Shown here one piece after another: positions 30,481 through 39,482 of a stretch of DNA of 64,000 bases. Source of the stretch: Candidatus Norongarragalinales archaeon (GTDB lineage: Archaea > Micrarchaeota > Micrarchaeia > Norongarragalinales > Norongarragalinaceae); NCBI GenBank assembly GCA_038884755.1, contig JAWABJ010000001.1, forward strand, positions 64,001 to 128,000, written 5' to 3'. Under the pieces are notes generated by a model. The model saw only the letters and a program-made list of their open reading frames with translations, did no database searches and had not been told where the DNA came from. The translations under genes and the position numbers were made by a program. Each line of letters begins with the position of its first letter. Position 1 is the first letter of the stretch.

Positions 30481-31326
30481 TTACCCGAGGGGGTAGGTTT
30501 CTATGAACGCGCCTATCGCGAGAAAAACTATTGCCCACGCGAGGAGTTTCGCGATGTCGTAGATTATCACCGGAAAAATTTGGCTTTTGTAGTCGCCGCG
30601 TATTATCGAAACGCTCAGGATGCCTCCTGCAAGCGCTGCAGCCAGGTACGAGAGCAGCTCGAAAATGCCGTGGGGCAGTATTCCGAGCAGTCCCAGGCTC
30701 ACGCCTGTAACCTGCCCTCCGAAAATTCCCGTCGCCCCGGTGCCCCCGTTCAATACGTATGCTTTGCTGAACTCCCCGAGGAAAACGCCTATGACCGACG
30801 CGTTCCAAATGAGTATGAACACCGCGCCGGCCCCGTATATGACCGAAAAGACGATTACGAAAAGCAAAACCTGCAAATTGTGCGTGAATATTTTTTCGAA
30901 AGCGTCGACGGTGCTTATCGCCTGCCCCAGCAGCACGCCCTGCACGTTCTTGAGCTCTTGCTTTTGCGTTTGGAAGAGCATTGCGCTGTTTTCCTGCGGG
31001 AGGACGAGATACCAAAACGCGAAGGACAACACCATGCCTAGGAAGAACGCGGCGAGAATCCTGAACGCAGAATAATGCCTGGCGAGCACGCTGCTGCCCC
31101 AGAACTTGCCTTTCTTTTCCTCTATCTCGACTTCGCACTGGAATATTTTGAGGAGGAACGGGATTGAAGGCAGGCCGATGAGGAAAAGGAACGCTGTTGG
31201 AGCCTGTTCGAGGCCTATCATGTGCACTCCGGCGACCGCTATCGAAACGAACGCGAACGACTGTAATAGTATTTCGGGGGTGCTAGGGTGGACGCACTTT
31301 TGCTCGAACCAAAATTCCAAGACCAT
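30481..31326 (-). CDS. SpoIIM/DUF95-family membrane protein
   Basis: IFTHNL, LIWNASVIG, LPHGIFEL, GAFIE. Confidence 0.85.
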   Translation of the reverse strand: MVLEFWFEQKCVHPSTPEILLQSFAFVSIAVAGVHMIGLEQAPTAFLFLIGLPSIPFLLKIFQCEVEIEEKKGKFWGSSVLARHYSAFRILAAFFLGMVLSFAFWYLVLPQENSAMLFQTQKQELKNVQGVLLGQAISTVDAFEKIFTHNLQVLLFVIVFSVIYGAGAVFILIWNASVIGVFLGEFSKAYVLNGGTGATGIFGGQVTGVSLGLLGILPHGIFELLSYLAAALAGGILSVSIIRGDYKSQIFPVIIYDIAKLLAWAIVFLAIGAFIETYPLG

Positions 31327-31470
31327 TCCAAACTACCGATTTCCTTAACTGCATGCGTCTAAATAGCCTTTCGAAACAAACATTATTAAATGGAAACAAT
31401 TCAATTTTCTTTCTTTGGGTTTGTTTTTCCAAGCCGCTAGTCGCTTTTTTATCAGGCTGAATGGCGAAAG

Positions 31471-31800
31471 GTGTTTTTTTTGGGAGAGGACGAGACTGCT
31501 AGGGACGCTTACTTGCGCGGAAGGCTCGAGGGGCTGAACGAGCTCATAGGCGTTTTGAAGGAAGCCCTGTCCGGCGGCGAGGTCGGCGCTTTGGAAAAAA
31601 GCATGGTCGAGCACATTTCCGGCGAGCTCGAGGAGATAATCGACGAGCTTGAGGGCAGCGTTCCAGAGAGGCAGTTGCGGAAGGTTTCCGAGCAGCACGA
31701 GGAGTTTAAGAAGGCGGCTGAGGAAAGCAAGCCTTTGAACAAGGAGCACGTGAAAAAGGCGGACGAGCTCATGAAAAGCCTTTTGGAAATGAAGAAGTAG
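31471..31800 (+). CDS. Hypothetical helical protein (start ambiguous at a T8 run)
   Basis: 109-aa acidic helical ORF upstream of csl4. Confidence 0.7.
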   Translation: MFFLGEDETARDAYLRGRLEGLNELIGVLKEALSGGEVGALEKSMVEHISGELEEIIDELEGSVPERQLRKVSEQHEEFKKAAEESKPLNKEHVKKADELMKSLLEMKK

Positions 31801-31822
31801 GATACGAGCGTGTTTGGAATAT

Positions 31823-32344
31823 ATGGCTGAACTTATTTTTCCGGGGAAGGAGATTGCAGTTAGCGAGGAAGCGCAGGCTTCCGGCGGCACTGCGGACGAC
31901 AACGGAGTGATTTACGCCACCGTGGTGGGAAGCGCCAAGCTCGAGGGCGGGATAGCGTCCGTTTCCAATTCGAAAAGCCCGCGCTTGTTGAAGAGCGGGG
32001 ACTTGGTTTTGGGGAAAGTAGAGGATTTGTTCGACCAAGTGGCTTTGGTGAGCTTCCAGCCTTTGGAGAAAAACATAGCTTCTTCGGTCGACCGGGCGTT
32101 CTTGAGGATTTCTGAAATCAGGGGGCGCGCCGGCGGGTTCGTAGATAATTTCAAGGAATTCCTGCGCATTGGCGACTTGATTCGCGCGCGGGTTATCGAA
32201 GTCACGGATTTGGGTGTTTACCTTACCATTGCGGAAAACGGGCTGGGTGTTTTGAAGGCTTTTTGCACCACGTGCAGGATGGAGTTGAACGAGAATTTGG
32301 AGTGCAAGACTTGCATGCACAGGGAAAGGAGGAAGATGGCATGA
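31823..32344 (+). CDS. csl4: Exosome RNA-binding subunit Csl4
   Basis: IFPGKEIAVSEE, S1 domain (GDLIRARV), CxxC...CxxC ribbon, ERRKMA. Confidence 0.93.
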   Translation: MAELIFPGKEIAVSEEAQASGGTADDNGVIYATVVGSAKLEGGIASVSNSKSPRLLKSGDLVLGKVEDLFDQVALVSFQPLEKNIASSVDRAFLRISEIRGRAGGFVDNFKEFLRIGDLIRARVIEVTDLGVYLTIAENGLGVLKAFCTTCRMELNENLECKTCMHRERRKMA

Positions 32345-32610
32345 GCGAAAAAAAGGGTTTGAAGTTTTTGGCCGAGGAAAAGGATTCGATTTTCGTCTTG
32401 CTTGAAGGCTACGACTTGGGCTTTGCGAATTTGCTTGTTGAAAAGCTTTTGCAGGACAAGGCCGTGGGCTTCGCGGCAGTGGAATACGCCCACCCGACGC
32501 AGCGCACGCCCGTCTTGAAGGTCGGAGCGAAAAACCCCAAGAAGGCCGTCGTCGACGCTTTGGGCGAGATGAGGAAGGAGCTTTCCTCTCTGAAAATCTC
32601 GAAACGCTGA
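32341..32610 (+). CDS. rpoL: RNA polymerase subunit Rpo11 (L)
   Basis: LEGYDLGFANLL...VGFAAVEYAHP; follows csl4 with overlapping stop/start. Confidence 0.88.
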   Translation: MSEKKGLKFLAEEKDSIFVLLEGYDLGFANLLVEKLLQDKAVGFAAVEYAHPTQRTPVLKVGAKNPKKAVVDALGEMRKELSSLKISKR

Positions 32611-32616
32611 GCCGAA

Positions 32617-33387
32617 ATGAAAAAAAAGCGTTCTCCAGCCATTTTAAGCGCGTCTTTTTCAGCATCGCACGTTTTGTTCGCCCTGCTCGCGTTGAGCATA
32701 GGCGCGTATGTCCTCACGCAAAACGTGTTGTTCGCCTTCGCGTCTTTCGCCTTGATAATAAGCTTGTTTGTTTCAGATTTTTCTGTCGAGCAAGGCTGGA
32801 AGCAGAACGCTCTCGAACTCGCCTACGCGCTCGGCTTTGCCGTTGCAGCGTGGTTTTTGCTTGGCTTCGCGTTGCAAACAGATTCTCCCATAAACGTAGT
32901 CACGTCGTGCTCGATGCTTCCTTCGCTGCAACGGGGGGATTTGGTTTTCATCCAAGGTGGAAGCGTGAAAGCGCCCGAAGTGCAAGCGCCTTTCGAAGAA
33001 CTGCGTTCAGTGAAAGTGAGGAAGGGCGTGTGTTATTTGAATTCAGTTCCGCTGCAGTGCACCGACCGGGTTTTGGTCGCTAACGAGACGATAGACGAGG
33101 GTTTGGACAACGACATCATCGTTTTCGACCCCAAACCCACCGGACCAGGCTTGCTCATCCACCGGGCTTTCGCGAAAATACGCACCGAGCAAGGGGTTTT
33201 TTTCTTGACGAAGGGCGACAACAATGCGGTTCTCGACCAGGAGAACGGGCGGTTTTCTTTCGTGGCAGAGAAGGACGTGAAAGGCAGGGTTGTGCTTGCA
33301 ATTCCTTACGTTGGATACCTCAAACTGTTTTTGTTCCTGCAGTTCGAAGTGCCCCCCGGCTGCGATTCGGTTTTGATGCGCGCGTGA
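32617..33387 (+). CDS. sec11: Signal peptidase I (Sec11/S26B)
   Basis: VVTSCSMLPSLQRGDL, IHR, TKGDNN, IPYVGY. Confidence 0.92.
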   Translation: MKKKRSPAILSASFSASHVLFALLALSIGAYVLTQNVLFAFASFALIISLFVSDFSVEQGWKQNALELAYALGFAVAAWFLLGFALQTDSPINVVTSCSMLPSLQRGDLVFIQGGSVKAPEVQAPFEELRSVKVRKGVCYLNSVPLQCTDRVLVANETIDEGLDNDIIVFDPKPTGPGLLIHRAFAKIRTEQGVFFLTKGDNNAVLDQENGRFSFVAEKDVKGRVVLAIPYVGYLKLFLFLQFEVPPGCDSVLMRA

Positions 33388-33472
33388 AAAGCGGAAGAAA
33401 AAGTCTTTTTAACTCTTTCCTACGCTAGATATACGCTTTGTTTTTCAATGCGCAAGGATGGTGGGAGTGCAA

Positions 33473-34213
33473 ATGGAACTGGTGATTTCAGACGCTTCTT
33501 TCTTCAAAAAATGCGTGGACGCGATAGTGAACCTCGTCGACGAGGGCACGTTCCTGGTCTCCTCTGACGGCATCCATTTGCGCACTATGGATCCTTCGCA
33601 AATCGCGATGGTCGACTTCGTTCTGCCCAAAACTGCTTTCTCTAAAATCGAGGTTGACGAAAAAACCAGCGTGGGCGTCAACCTCGCCGATTTGAGCAAG
33701 ATTCTCGCGAGAACGCGCGCAGGCGAAAAACTGAGCGTGAGCGTGGACGAGAAGGATTCCAAGCTGCTTTTGGAATTCTCAGGAGGCTCGCGCAGGCACT
33801 TCAAGCTTCCTTTGCTAGAATCTTCTTCCGCCTTGCCTAAAGAGCCTAAGGTGGAGTTCGACGCGAACGTGAAAATCAAGGGAAGGCACTTCAAGGACAT
33901 TCTGCATGACGCGGGGCTTTTGTCGAGCCACGTTGTATTGCAAGCTGAAGATTCGGAATTCGTAGTGGAAGCGCACGGCGACAGCGGCGATTTGCATGTG
34001 CAGACCAAGAAAGACAGCCTTTCGGGAATGAGCACGAAAGGCAAAAGCCGTGCAATGTTTCCCTTCCAGTATCTAGACGACATAACCAGAGCTTGTCCTG
34101 ATGAAGCGGACGTTAACGTTGACATGAAGAGCGATGCGCCAGTCAAGATTTCTTACGAAATAAGCGACGCGAAGATTGCTTACTATTTGGCGCCTCGCGT
34201 TGAAAGCATTTGA
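33473..34213 (+). CDS. pcn: DNA sliding clamp PCNA
   Basis: MDPSQIAMVD and YYLAPRVE motifs. Confidence 0.97.
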   Translation: MELVISDASFFKKCVDAIVNLVDEGTFLVSSDGIHLRTMDPSQIAMVDFVLPKTAFSKIEVDEKTSVGVNLADLSKILARTRAGEKLSVSVDEKDSKLLLEFSGGSRRHFKLPLLESSSALPKEPKVEFDANVKIKGRHFKDILHDAGLLSSHVVLQAEDSEFVVEAHGDSGDLHVQTKKDSLSGMSTKGKSRAMFPFQYLDDITRACPDEADVNVDMKSDAPVKISYEISDAKIAYYLAPRVESI

Positions 34214-34298
34214 GCGGTTTTCCTGCGCAATGCTTTATGGCGGCGGTTTATGCTCTCCTAGCTCCTTTTTTATATTCCTGGTGCCAGTTTTCTATACC

Positions 34299-35447
34299 AT
34301 GCTTGAAGAGTCCGACCCGCTTGAAAGCGAGATAGTGCGCGCGCACTCCACCAACTTCCACTTCGAGCACGAATCCACTAGAAGAGATGCGGTGGAAAAA
34401 ATCAAGGACGCTTTCCAGTTTGCGAAGGGCTACATGACTGGAACAAGGAAGAGCGGCAAGCCTGAACTCTCGCATTCTGCGGAAGTGGCGTTGATGCTGG
34501 CTAGGCACGGTCATCCCACCGATCGGATTGTTGCGGGTTTGCTTCACGACCTTCCGGAAGACCATGACGTTCGCATAGACGCAATACGCGATTTGTTCGG
34601 CGAAGAAGTCGCTTCGATGGTTTTCTTGAACACCAACCCCCGGCTTTTGGTTGACGAGAAAGGAAATGAGGTTTTGGGGAAAGGAAAAAAACGGCAGTGG
34701 ATTTTCGCCGACGACGAGCGTTTCTACCGCCTTTCCGACTCGCTTCCCAGATATGCGCCTAAAAAGGAAGAGGCAGTCCGCCGCGAGAGAAACGAAGTGA
34801 AGTACGATAAGCTTGAGCGCGAGGGAAAGGTTGACCCGTGGATAATAAAGATTTACGATTCGCACAACAACCTCGAGGACTTGGACGCTCTCCCTCCGGA
34901 CAGGCAGGACGAGTACGGGCGCGTTTTCCTCGAACGCATAGCCCCGATTTTAAACCGCCTGGACCCTCGCTCGTTGGACCACATAATGTCTTTGCTCGAA
35001 GACCGCCTGGGAAAAGGAAAGATAGACCGCCCTCCTTCAAAACCGTCTTTCGACGTTCCATACCGCATCCTCCCGCCGCGAAAAAACGTGGTCATCAGGG
35101 ACTTGCCGCCGTACAACGAAAAAAGCATTTTGATTTACACGTCTTCCGAGCCGCACAACGAGTTTGAGATAGAAATCCCGCGAAAGTACGAAACGACCAT
35201 GACCGAGGTTTTGGTGGAAAACCTGCTGAGGCCCATGCTTTTGAAGCACTCGGTTTCGCTTTTGGGCAGGTTCATGGGCGAAAGCGCTGGGCACATTTTC
35301 AGGATAAAGCTCGGGCAAGAAGTTTCAAGAGAACGGTGGAAAGAGTTTTTGAGGGATGTTTCCGCATTCCACGCGCAATACATAGCCGACACTCCCCCAA
35401 AACACCTTTCGAGAATCACTAACGAGTGGCGCAGGCTTGTCGAATAA
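34299..35447 (+). CDS. RelA/SpoT-type HD hydrolase domain protein with unknown C-terminal domain
   Basis: RKSGKPELSH, AGLLHDLPED, FGEEVASMV, IKIYDSHNNL. Confidence 0.85.
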   Translation: MLEESDPLESEIVRAHSTNFHFEHESTRRDAVEKIKDAFQFAKGYMTGTRKSGKPELSHSAEVALMLARHGHPTDRIVAGLLHDLPEDHDVRIDAIRDLFGEEVASMVFLNTNPRLLVDEKGNEVLGKGKKRQWIFADDERFYRLSDSLPRYAPKKEEAVRRERNEVKYDKLEREGKVDPWIIKIYDSHNNLEDLDALPPDRQDEYGRVFLERIAPILNRLDPRSLDHIMSLLEDRLGKGKIDRPPSKPSFDVPYRILPPRKNVVIRDLPPYNEKSILIYTSSEPHNEFEIEIPRKYETTMTEVLVENLLRPMLLKHSVSLLGRFMGESAGHIFRIKLGQEVSRERWKEFLRDVSAFHAQYIADTPPKHLSRITNEWRRLVE

Positions 35448-35513
35448 CTGCTGCATTTCCATCAATTCAATTAAATACCCTTTCGCACCTGAAAGTTTTC
35501 CTGGTGGGTTTTT

Positions 35514-36359
35514 GTGGATTCCAAGCTTATTGCAAAATATCCGTTTTTGGCCGGGGCAAAAGAACTGGTGGGCGGAGAAGTTTCTGAAACAGACTTGAAG
35601 GAAGCGATTACTTTCGCGAGAGACTGCTTCCAGCACGAAGAACATGTAGTGAAAGACGCGTCGCGCGAAGCGAAAAGCCTTTTGCTCTCGCGCATAATGC
35701 TTTGTTCGCTCGGGCTGGGCTTCCTGCGGAAATTCGCGTTCCTCAAGGCGCGCGAGTACGCGCGGCTTTTGGAGAAGGAGGAAGGCAAGGTTTTGGTGGA
35801 AATAGCGAAAGACTTTTTCCCCTCGCTCGAGAAGGCAGAGGGTGGATTCAGGGTTTCGATGGTCGAGTATTTGCAGTACGGACGCAGCTTGCCGCGGGCG
35901 AACGTCTTGAAGGGGATGGTTTTCTTCGACGAGGGGGAATTGCGAGCGTGCTTGCGAGAGGCGATTCAAGAGCGGATTGCGGATTCGGAAAAGCTTTCGT
36001 CAAAGCTTCCGGAAAACGTTTCTGGAGCGGCGCAAAAGCTCCGGGAATTTGTGCCGCGCGATTTCACTTCCCAGTTCAAGGGAAAGCTCTTGCAGCGGGG
36101 CGAATTGCAAAACATCCTAAAGGGCGTGGGTGAAGGCAAAAGGTATTACGGGGCTATGGCGGTTGCGATAGCGTGCTTGAAAGACGGGCTTTCGCGCGAT
36201 GAAGCGGCGGACGTGATGGGGTCTTACGTGGCTAATTGCGGCAAAGGCGCGCATCCTTTCACCCCGCGCGAGGGCGATGCCGTGGTGGACTGGGTTTACG
36301 CCCACCCCAACATAGGCTTTTCTTTCAGCGTGTTGAAGTCGCAAGGGCTCGTAGACTGA
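35514..36359 (+). CDS. priL: DNA primase large subunit (atypical C-terminus)
   Basis: AKYPFL N-terminal motif, VLKGMVF; directly upstream of priS. Confidence 0.8.
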   Translation: MDSKLIAKYPFLAGAKELVGGEVSETDLKEAITFARDCFQHEEHVVKDASREAKSLLLSRIMLCSLGLGFLRKFAFLKAREYARLLEKEEGKVLVEIAKDFFPSLEKAEGGFRVSMVEYLQYGRSLPRANVLKGMVFFDEGELRACLREAIQERIADSEKLSSKLPENVSGAAQKLREFVPRDFTSQFKGKLLQRGELQNILKGVGEGKRYYGAMAVAIACLKDGLSRDEAADVMGSYVANCGKGAHPFTPREGDAVVDWVYAHPNIGFSFSVLKSQGLVD

Positions 36360-36363
36360 GGTT

Positions 36364-37491
36364 ATGCAAATGGAGCATGCCGAATCCATCGCTTTCGTTC
36401 AGGAAAAATTTTCCGCTTTCTACTCGAACCGCGATTTGGCCGTTCCAGACGTGCACAAGCGCGAGTTCGGCTTTGGTACGCATAAAAAAATCGACTTTAG
36501 GCACAAGGCGTTCCGCACCAGCGCCGAGCTCAACGCATATATACGCCAGAATGCGCCTCTGTTCGCTTCTTATTCGACCGCACTGTACGAGTTTCCGGAC
36601 GCGCGGCCCATGGAGCGGAAGGTTTTCATGGGCAGTGACTTAGTTTTCGACATAGACGCGCCTACGCATTCTTTCGCGCACGAGCACAATGAAATCTTTT
36701 GCGTGGAGTGCTTCGGGCGGGTGAAGAAAGACTCGGTGCGCATAATGGATTACTTGCGGGACGACTTCGGTTTCAAAGGCGTTTCCTTGAACTATTCCGG
36801 CAACAAAGGATTCCACTTCCACCTGCGCTCGGACGAAATACGCTCTTTGTCCCAAGACTCGCGCAGGCAGCTTACCGAATACTTGACCGGTCCGGAAAGC
36901 CTTTTTATTGCAGGAGAAGAGAAAGGCAAGGACACCGAACTGCGTGGGCCTTCGGAAAAATCCTTCGGCTGGGGGAAAAAGTTTTTCGACCACGCTTTCG
37001 CTTTCGTCGAAGGGGCTTCGCTAGGCGAGCTCAAGGAAAAAGGCCTGCGGGGGAGGGGCGCGGAAGAGTTTTTCTTGAAAAAAAAGACGGTCCTCGAGCT
37101 CATGCGCAAGGGAAAGTGGGCTTTCGCGCCGAAAAAGTTTTGGGACGCGCTTTACGCCGAGTTCAAGGGCGAGAACGGCGTGGGCGTGGACGCGCACGTT
37201 ACTCTGGATTTGGCGCGCTTGATTCGCATTCCGGGTTCGCTGCACGGCGAGACTGCCTTGTGCGCAAGGGTCGTCGATGCGGAAAGGCTGCCGGAATTTT
37301 CGCTTCGCGAGTGCGTGGTTTTTTCGAGCGAAAAGACTATTAACATACTTCCGCAAATCGATATTGCGCTTGACTTTCCCGAGCGGCTGTTTTTGAAGAA
37401 AAACGAGCCTTGCGAGGTGTCCCTCGCTTCGGGTTTGTTCCTGCTGTGCAAAGGCAAGGCTACGCTCTTGCTTCGCGAGAAAACTTGGTGA
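36364..37491 (+). CDS. priS: DNA primase small catalytic subunit
   Basis: REFGF, DLVFDID, YSGNKGFH, DAHVTLDLARLIRIPGSLH. Confidence 0.96.
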   Translation: MQMEHAESIAFVQEKFSAFYSNRDLAVPDVHKREFGFGTHKKIDFRHKAFRTSAELNAYIRQNAPLFASYSTALYEFPDARPMERKVFMGSDLVFDIDAPTHSFAHEHNEIFCVECFGRVKKDSVRIMDYLRDDFGFKGVSLNYSGNKGFHFHLRSDEIRSLSQDSRRQLTEYLTGPESLFIAGEEKGKDTELRGPSEKSFGWGKKFFDHAFAFVEGASLGELKEKGLRGRGAEEFFLKKKTVLELMRKGKWAFAPKKFWDALYAEFKGENGVGVDAHVTLDLARLIRIPGSLHGETALCARVVDAERLPEFSLRECVVFSSEKTINILPQIDIALDFPERLFLKKNEPCEVSLASGLFLLCKGKATLLLREKTW

Positions 37492-37510
37492 AAGTGGGGG
37501 TGGTGAGGAG

Positions 37511-38026
37511 GTGGAATTGTCCGAAGCCAATTACGTTAATTACGATTTCCTCCGCAGCGTCCTTTCTTCGGAACGCTCGCAAAGCGGCCTCGAGCAGGTG
37601 AAGGAAGATTTTTTCTTGCAGTGCGCGGGTTTCCTGAAAGTGCAGGAGGACGGCTTGAGGGAAAATTTTTCCATCGAGCAGGCGAAGGTTTTGGAAAACT
37701 CGAGAAAGATAGTTGCGGAAGTGAAAGACATTCGCCTGCGAAAGATTTTGTTCAAGGCTTTCAAGGACTTGGAGGCGGGGACGGTTAATTCATCGGGGCT
37801 TTCGTCCGAGGAAAAGGAATTCTACCGGTCGGTGCTTTCGCTCTTGAGTTCGTACAAGCAGGACAAGCGGATTGAAGGCGTGAAAGTCAAGGTTTTGGTG
37901 GACTTGCCGGAAATGCAGTCGCCGGAAGGCGGTTCTTTCGGCCCGTTTTCGGTAGGGCAAATCGCGAGCCTGAACCCTCTGTTCGCGGAATTGCTGCTGC
38001 AGAAAAACGTGGTTGAAAAATTGTGA
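37511..38026 (+). CDS. gins: GINS subunit (Gins51 type)
   Basis: Helical A-domain (IRLRKIL, LSSEEKEFY) plus C-terminal B-domain (FGPFSVGQIASL); follows priS. Confidence 0.85.
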   Translation: MELSEANYVNYDFLRSVLSSERSQSGLEQVKEDFFLQCAGFLKVQEDGLRENFSIEQAKVLENSRKIVAEVKDIRLRKILFKAFKDLEAGTVNSSGLSSEEKEFYRSVLSLLSSYKQDKRIEGVKVKVLVDLPEMQSPEGGSFGPFSVGQIASLNPLFAELLLQKNVVEKL

Positions 38027-38043
38027 AAAGGTGAAAAAGCAAA

Positions 38044-38331
38044 ATGATAGTTCCGAAACAAAAAAGGGCGTACTGCCCCAACTGCAGGAAGTCGACGTCC
38101 CACAAGGTGAAGGTTTCGACTAGCAAGTACAAGCCGGGAAGGGCGATGGCTTGGGGCACTCGAAAGCACGACCGCAAGCTCGCGGGTTTTCACGGGAAAG
38201 TAAAGGGCAAGGCGAAGGTAAAGAAACAGGGAATCCGCAACAAGCTCATGCTCGAGTGCACCGTATGCGGCAAGAAGCACGAGCGCGTGATAAGCGGGAG
38301 AATGAAGAAAAAAGCAGAGTTGGTGAAGTAA
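38044..38331 (+). CDS. rpl44e: 50S ribosomal protein eL42 (L44e)
   Basis: YCPNC...HKV...LECTVCGKKH. Confidence 0.95.
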   Translation: MIVPKQKRAYCPNCRKSTSHKVKVSTSKYKPGRAMAWGTRKHDRKLAGFHGKVKGKAKVKKQGIRNKLMLECTVCGKKHERVISGRMKKKAELVK

Positions 38332-38352
38332 AGCTGAAAGGTGGTTTTGAAA

Positions 38353-38514
38353 ATGGGTTCTTTCTTGCACGTGAAGTGCGATTGCGGAGAGGAGAGCACG
38401 GTTTACGGAGATTCTAAAAGCGCGGTCAACTGCAAGAAATGCGGCAATGTGCTGGCGCAGCCCAGGGGAGGGCGCGCCAAAATCCACGCGCGCATCCTAG
38501 AGGTATTGCCTTGA
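38353..38514 (+). CDS. rps27e: 30S ribosomal protein eS27 (absent from ORF track)
   Basis: Hand translation MGSFLHVKCDCGEESTVYGDSKSAVNCKKCGNVLAQPRGGRAKIHARILEVLP. Confidence 0.95.
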   Translation: MGSFLHVKCDCGEESTVYGDSKSAVNCKKCGNVLAQPRGGRAKIHARILEVLP

Positions 38515-39263
38515 TGGTTTTCCCGCAGCTGGACGAATTCGTCGTAGGAAAGGTAAAGAAAGTACTGCCTTTCGGAGCCATCATAGGGCTGGAAGAGTAC
38601 GGCGGGCTCGAGTCTTTCGTGCACATATCCGAAGTTTCTTCAGGCTGGATTCGAAACATACGCGAGCACTTGAAGGAATCGCAGATAGTCGTAGGGAAAG
38701 TCGTTGCGCTGGACACTTCGAAAAACCAGGTTGACCTTTCCATAAAACGCGTTTCCGAGGCCGAGAAAAAGCGCAAACTGGAAGCGTGGCAGAACTCCAA
38801 GCGCGCTCAAAAGCTTTTGGAAATCACGCTAGCGAAGTCGGGAAAGACCATGCGGCAGGTGGAGGCGGAAGTAAAAGCGTTGGTGGGCGAGTTCGGCTCT
38901 TTGTACGACGTTTTCGACGAGTTAGCCAAGGGGACCGAAGCAAAAGCGAAGGTTTCGAAAGCGCTTTTGGCGTCGCTCGAGGAAACGGCAAAAAAGGAAA
39001 TAAAGCCCAAGCAGTTTTCCGTGCGCAGGGTCCTCAAAATCTTTTCTTACGCTCCCAACGGCGTCGAGGAAGTGAAGAAGATGGTTTCGGAAATCTCTTC
39101 CCTCGGTGCGAAAGTGCATTACGTGGGCGCGCCGCGTTATTTTGTTGACATAACTTCCGTCGACCCGAAGGGCGCCGAAAAGGCGATGCAGAAAATCGAG
39201 GGTTTCCTCGAGAAAAGCGCCAAGGGCGCAGAAGTGGAATGGAGTTTGGAAAAGGAAAAGTGA
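38514..39263 (+). CDS. eif2a: Translation initiation factor aIF2 alpha
   Basis: S1 domain HISEVSSGWIRNIRE, VDLSIKRV, YVGAPRY. Confidence 0.95.
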   Translation: MVFPQLDEFVVGKVKKVLPFGAIIGLEEYGGLESFVHISEVSSGWIRNIREHLKESQIVVGKVVALDTSKNQVDLSIKRVSEAEKKRKLEAWQNSKRAQKLLEITLAKSGKTMRQVEAEVKALVGEFGSLYDVFDELAKGTEAKAKVSKALLASLEETAKKEIKPKQFSVRRVLKIFSYAPNGVEEVKKMVSEISSLGAKVHYVGAPRYFVDITSVDPKGAEKAMQKIEGFLEKSAKGAEVEWSLEKEK

Positions 39264-39270
39264 TTTCCGG

Positions 39271-39414
39271 ATGAAGCTTGCGAAATGCGCCGCTTGCGGC
39301 GCGTTCACAATGAAAGAAGAACACTGCTCTCGAAAAACGGTTTCCGCGCATCCGGCGAAGTTTTCGTTCGCAGACAAGTACGCAGCGTACCGGCGCAAGG
39401 CGAAATTCGGCTGA
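39271..39414 (+). CDS. nop10: H/ACA RNP protein Nop10 (absent from ORF track)
   Basis: Hand translation MKLAKCAACGAFTMKEEHCSRKTVSAHPAKFSFADKYAAYRRKAKFG. Confidence 0.93.
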   Translation: MKLAKCAACGAFTMKEEHCSRKTVSAHPAKFSFADKYAAYRRKAKFG

Positions 39415-39482
39415 GCGCCCAATCGGGTTTTTATTGCCTGCTTTCCTAAGTCTTCTAGTTTCTCTAGATTCCGGTGGGTTTA

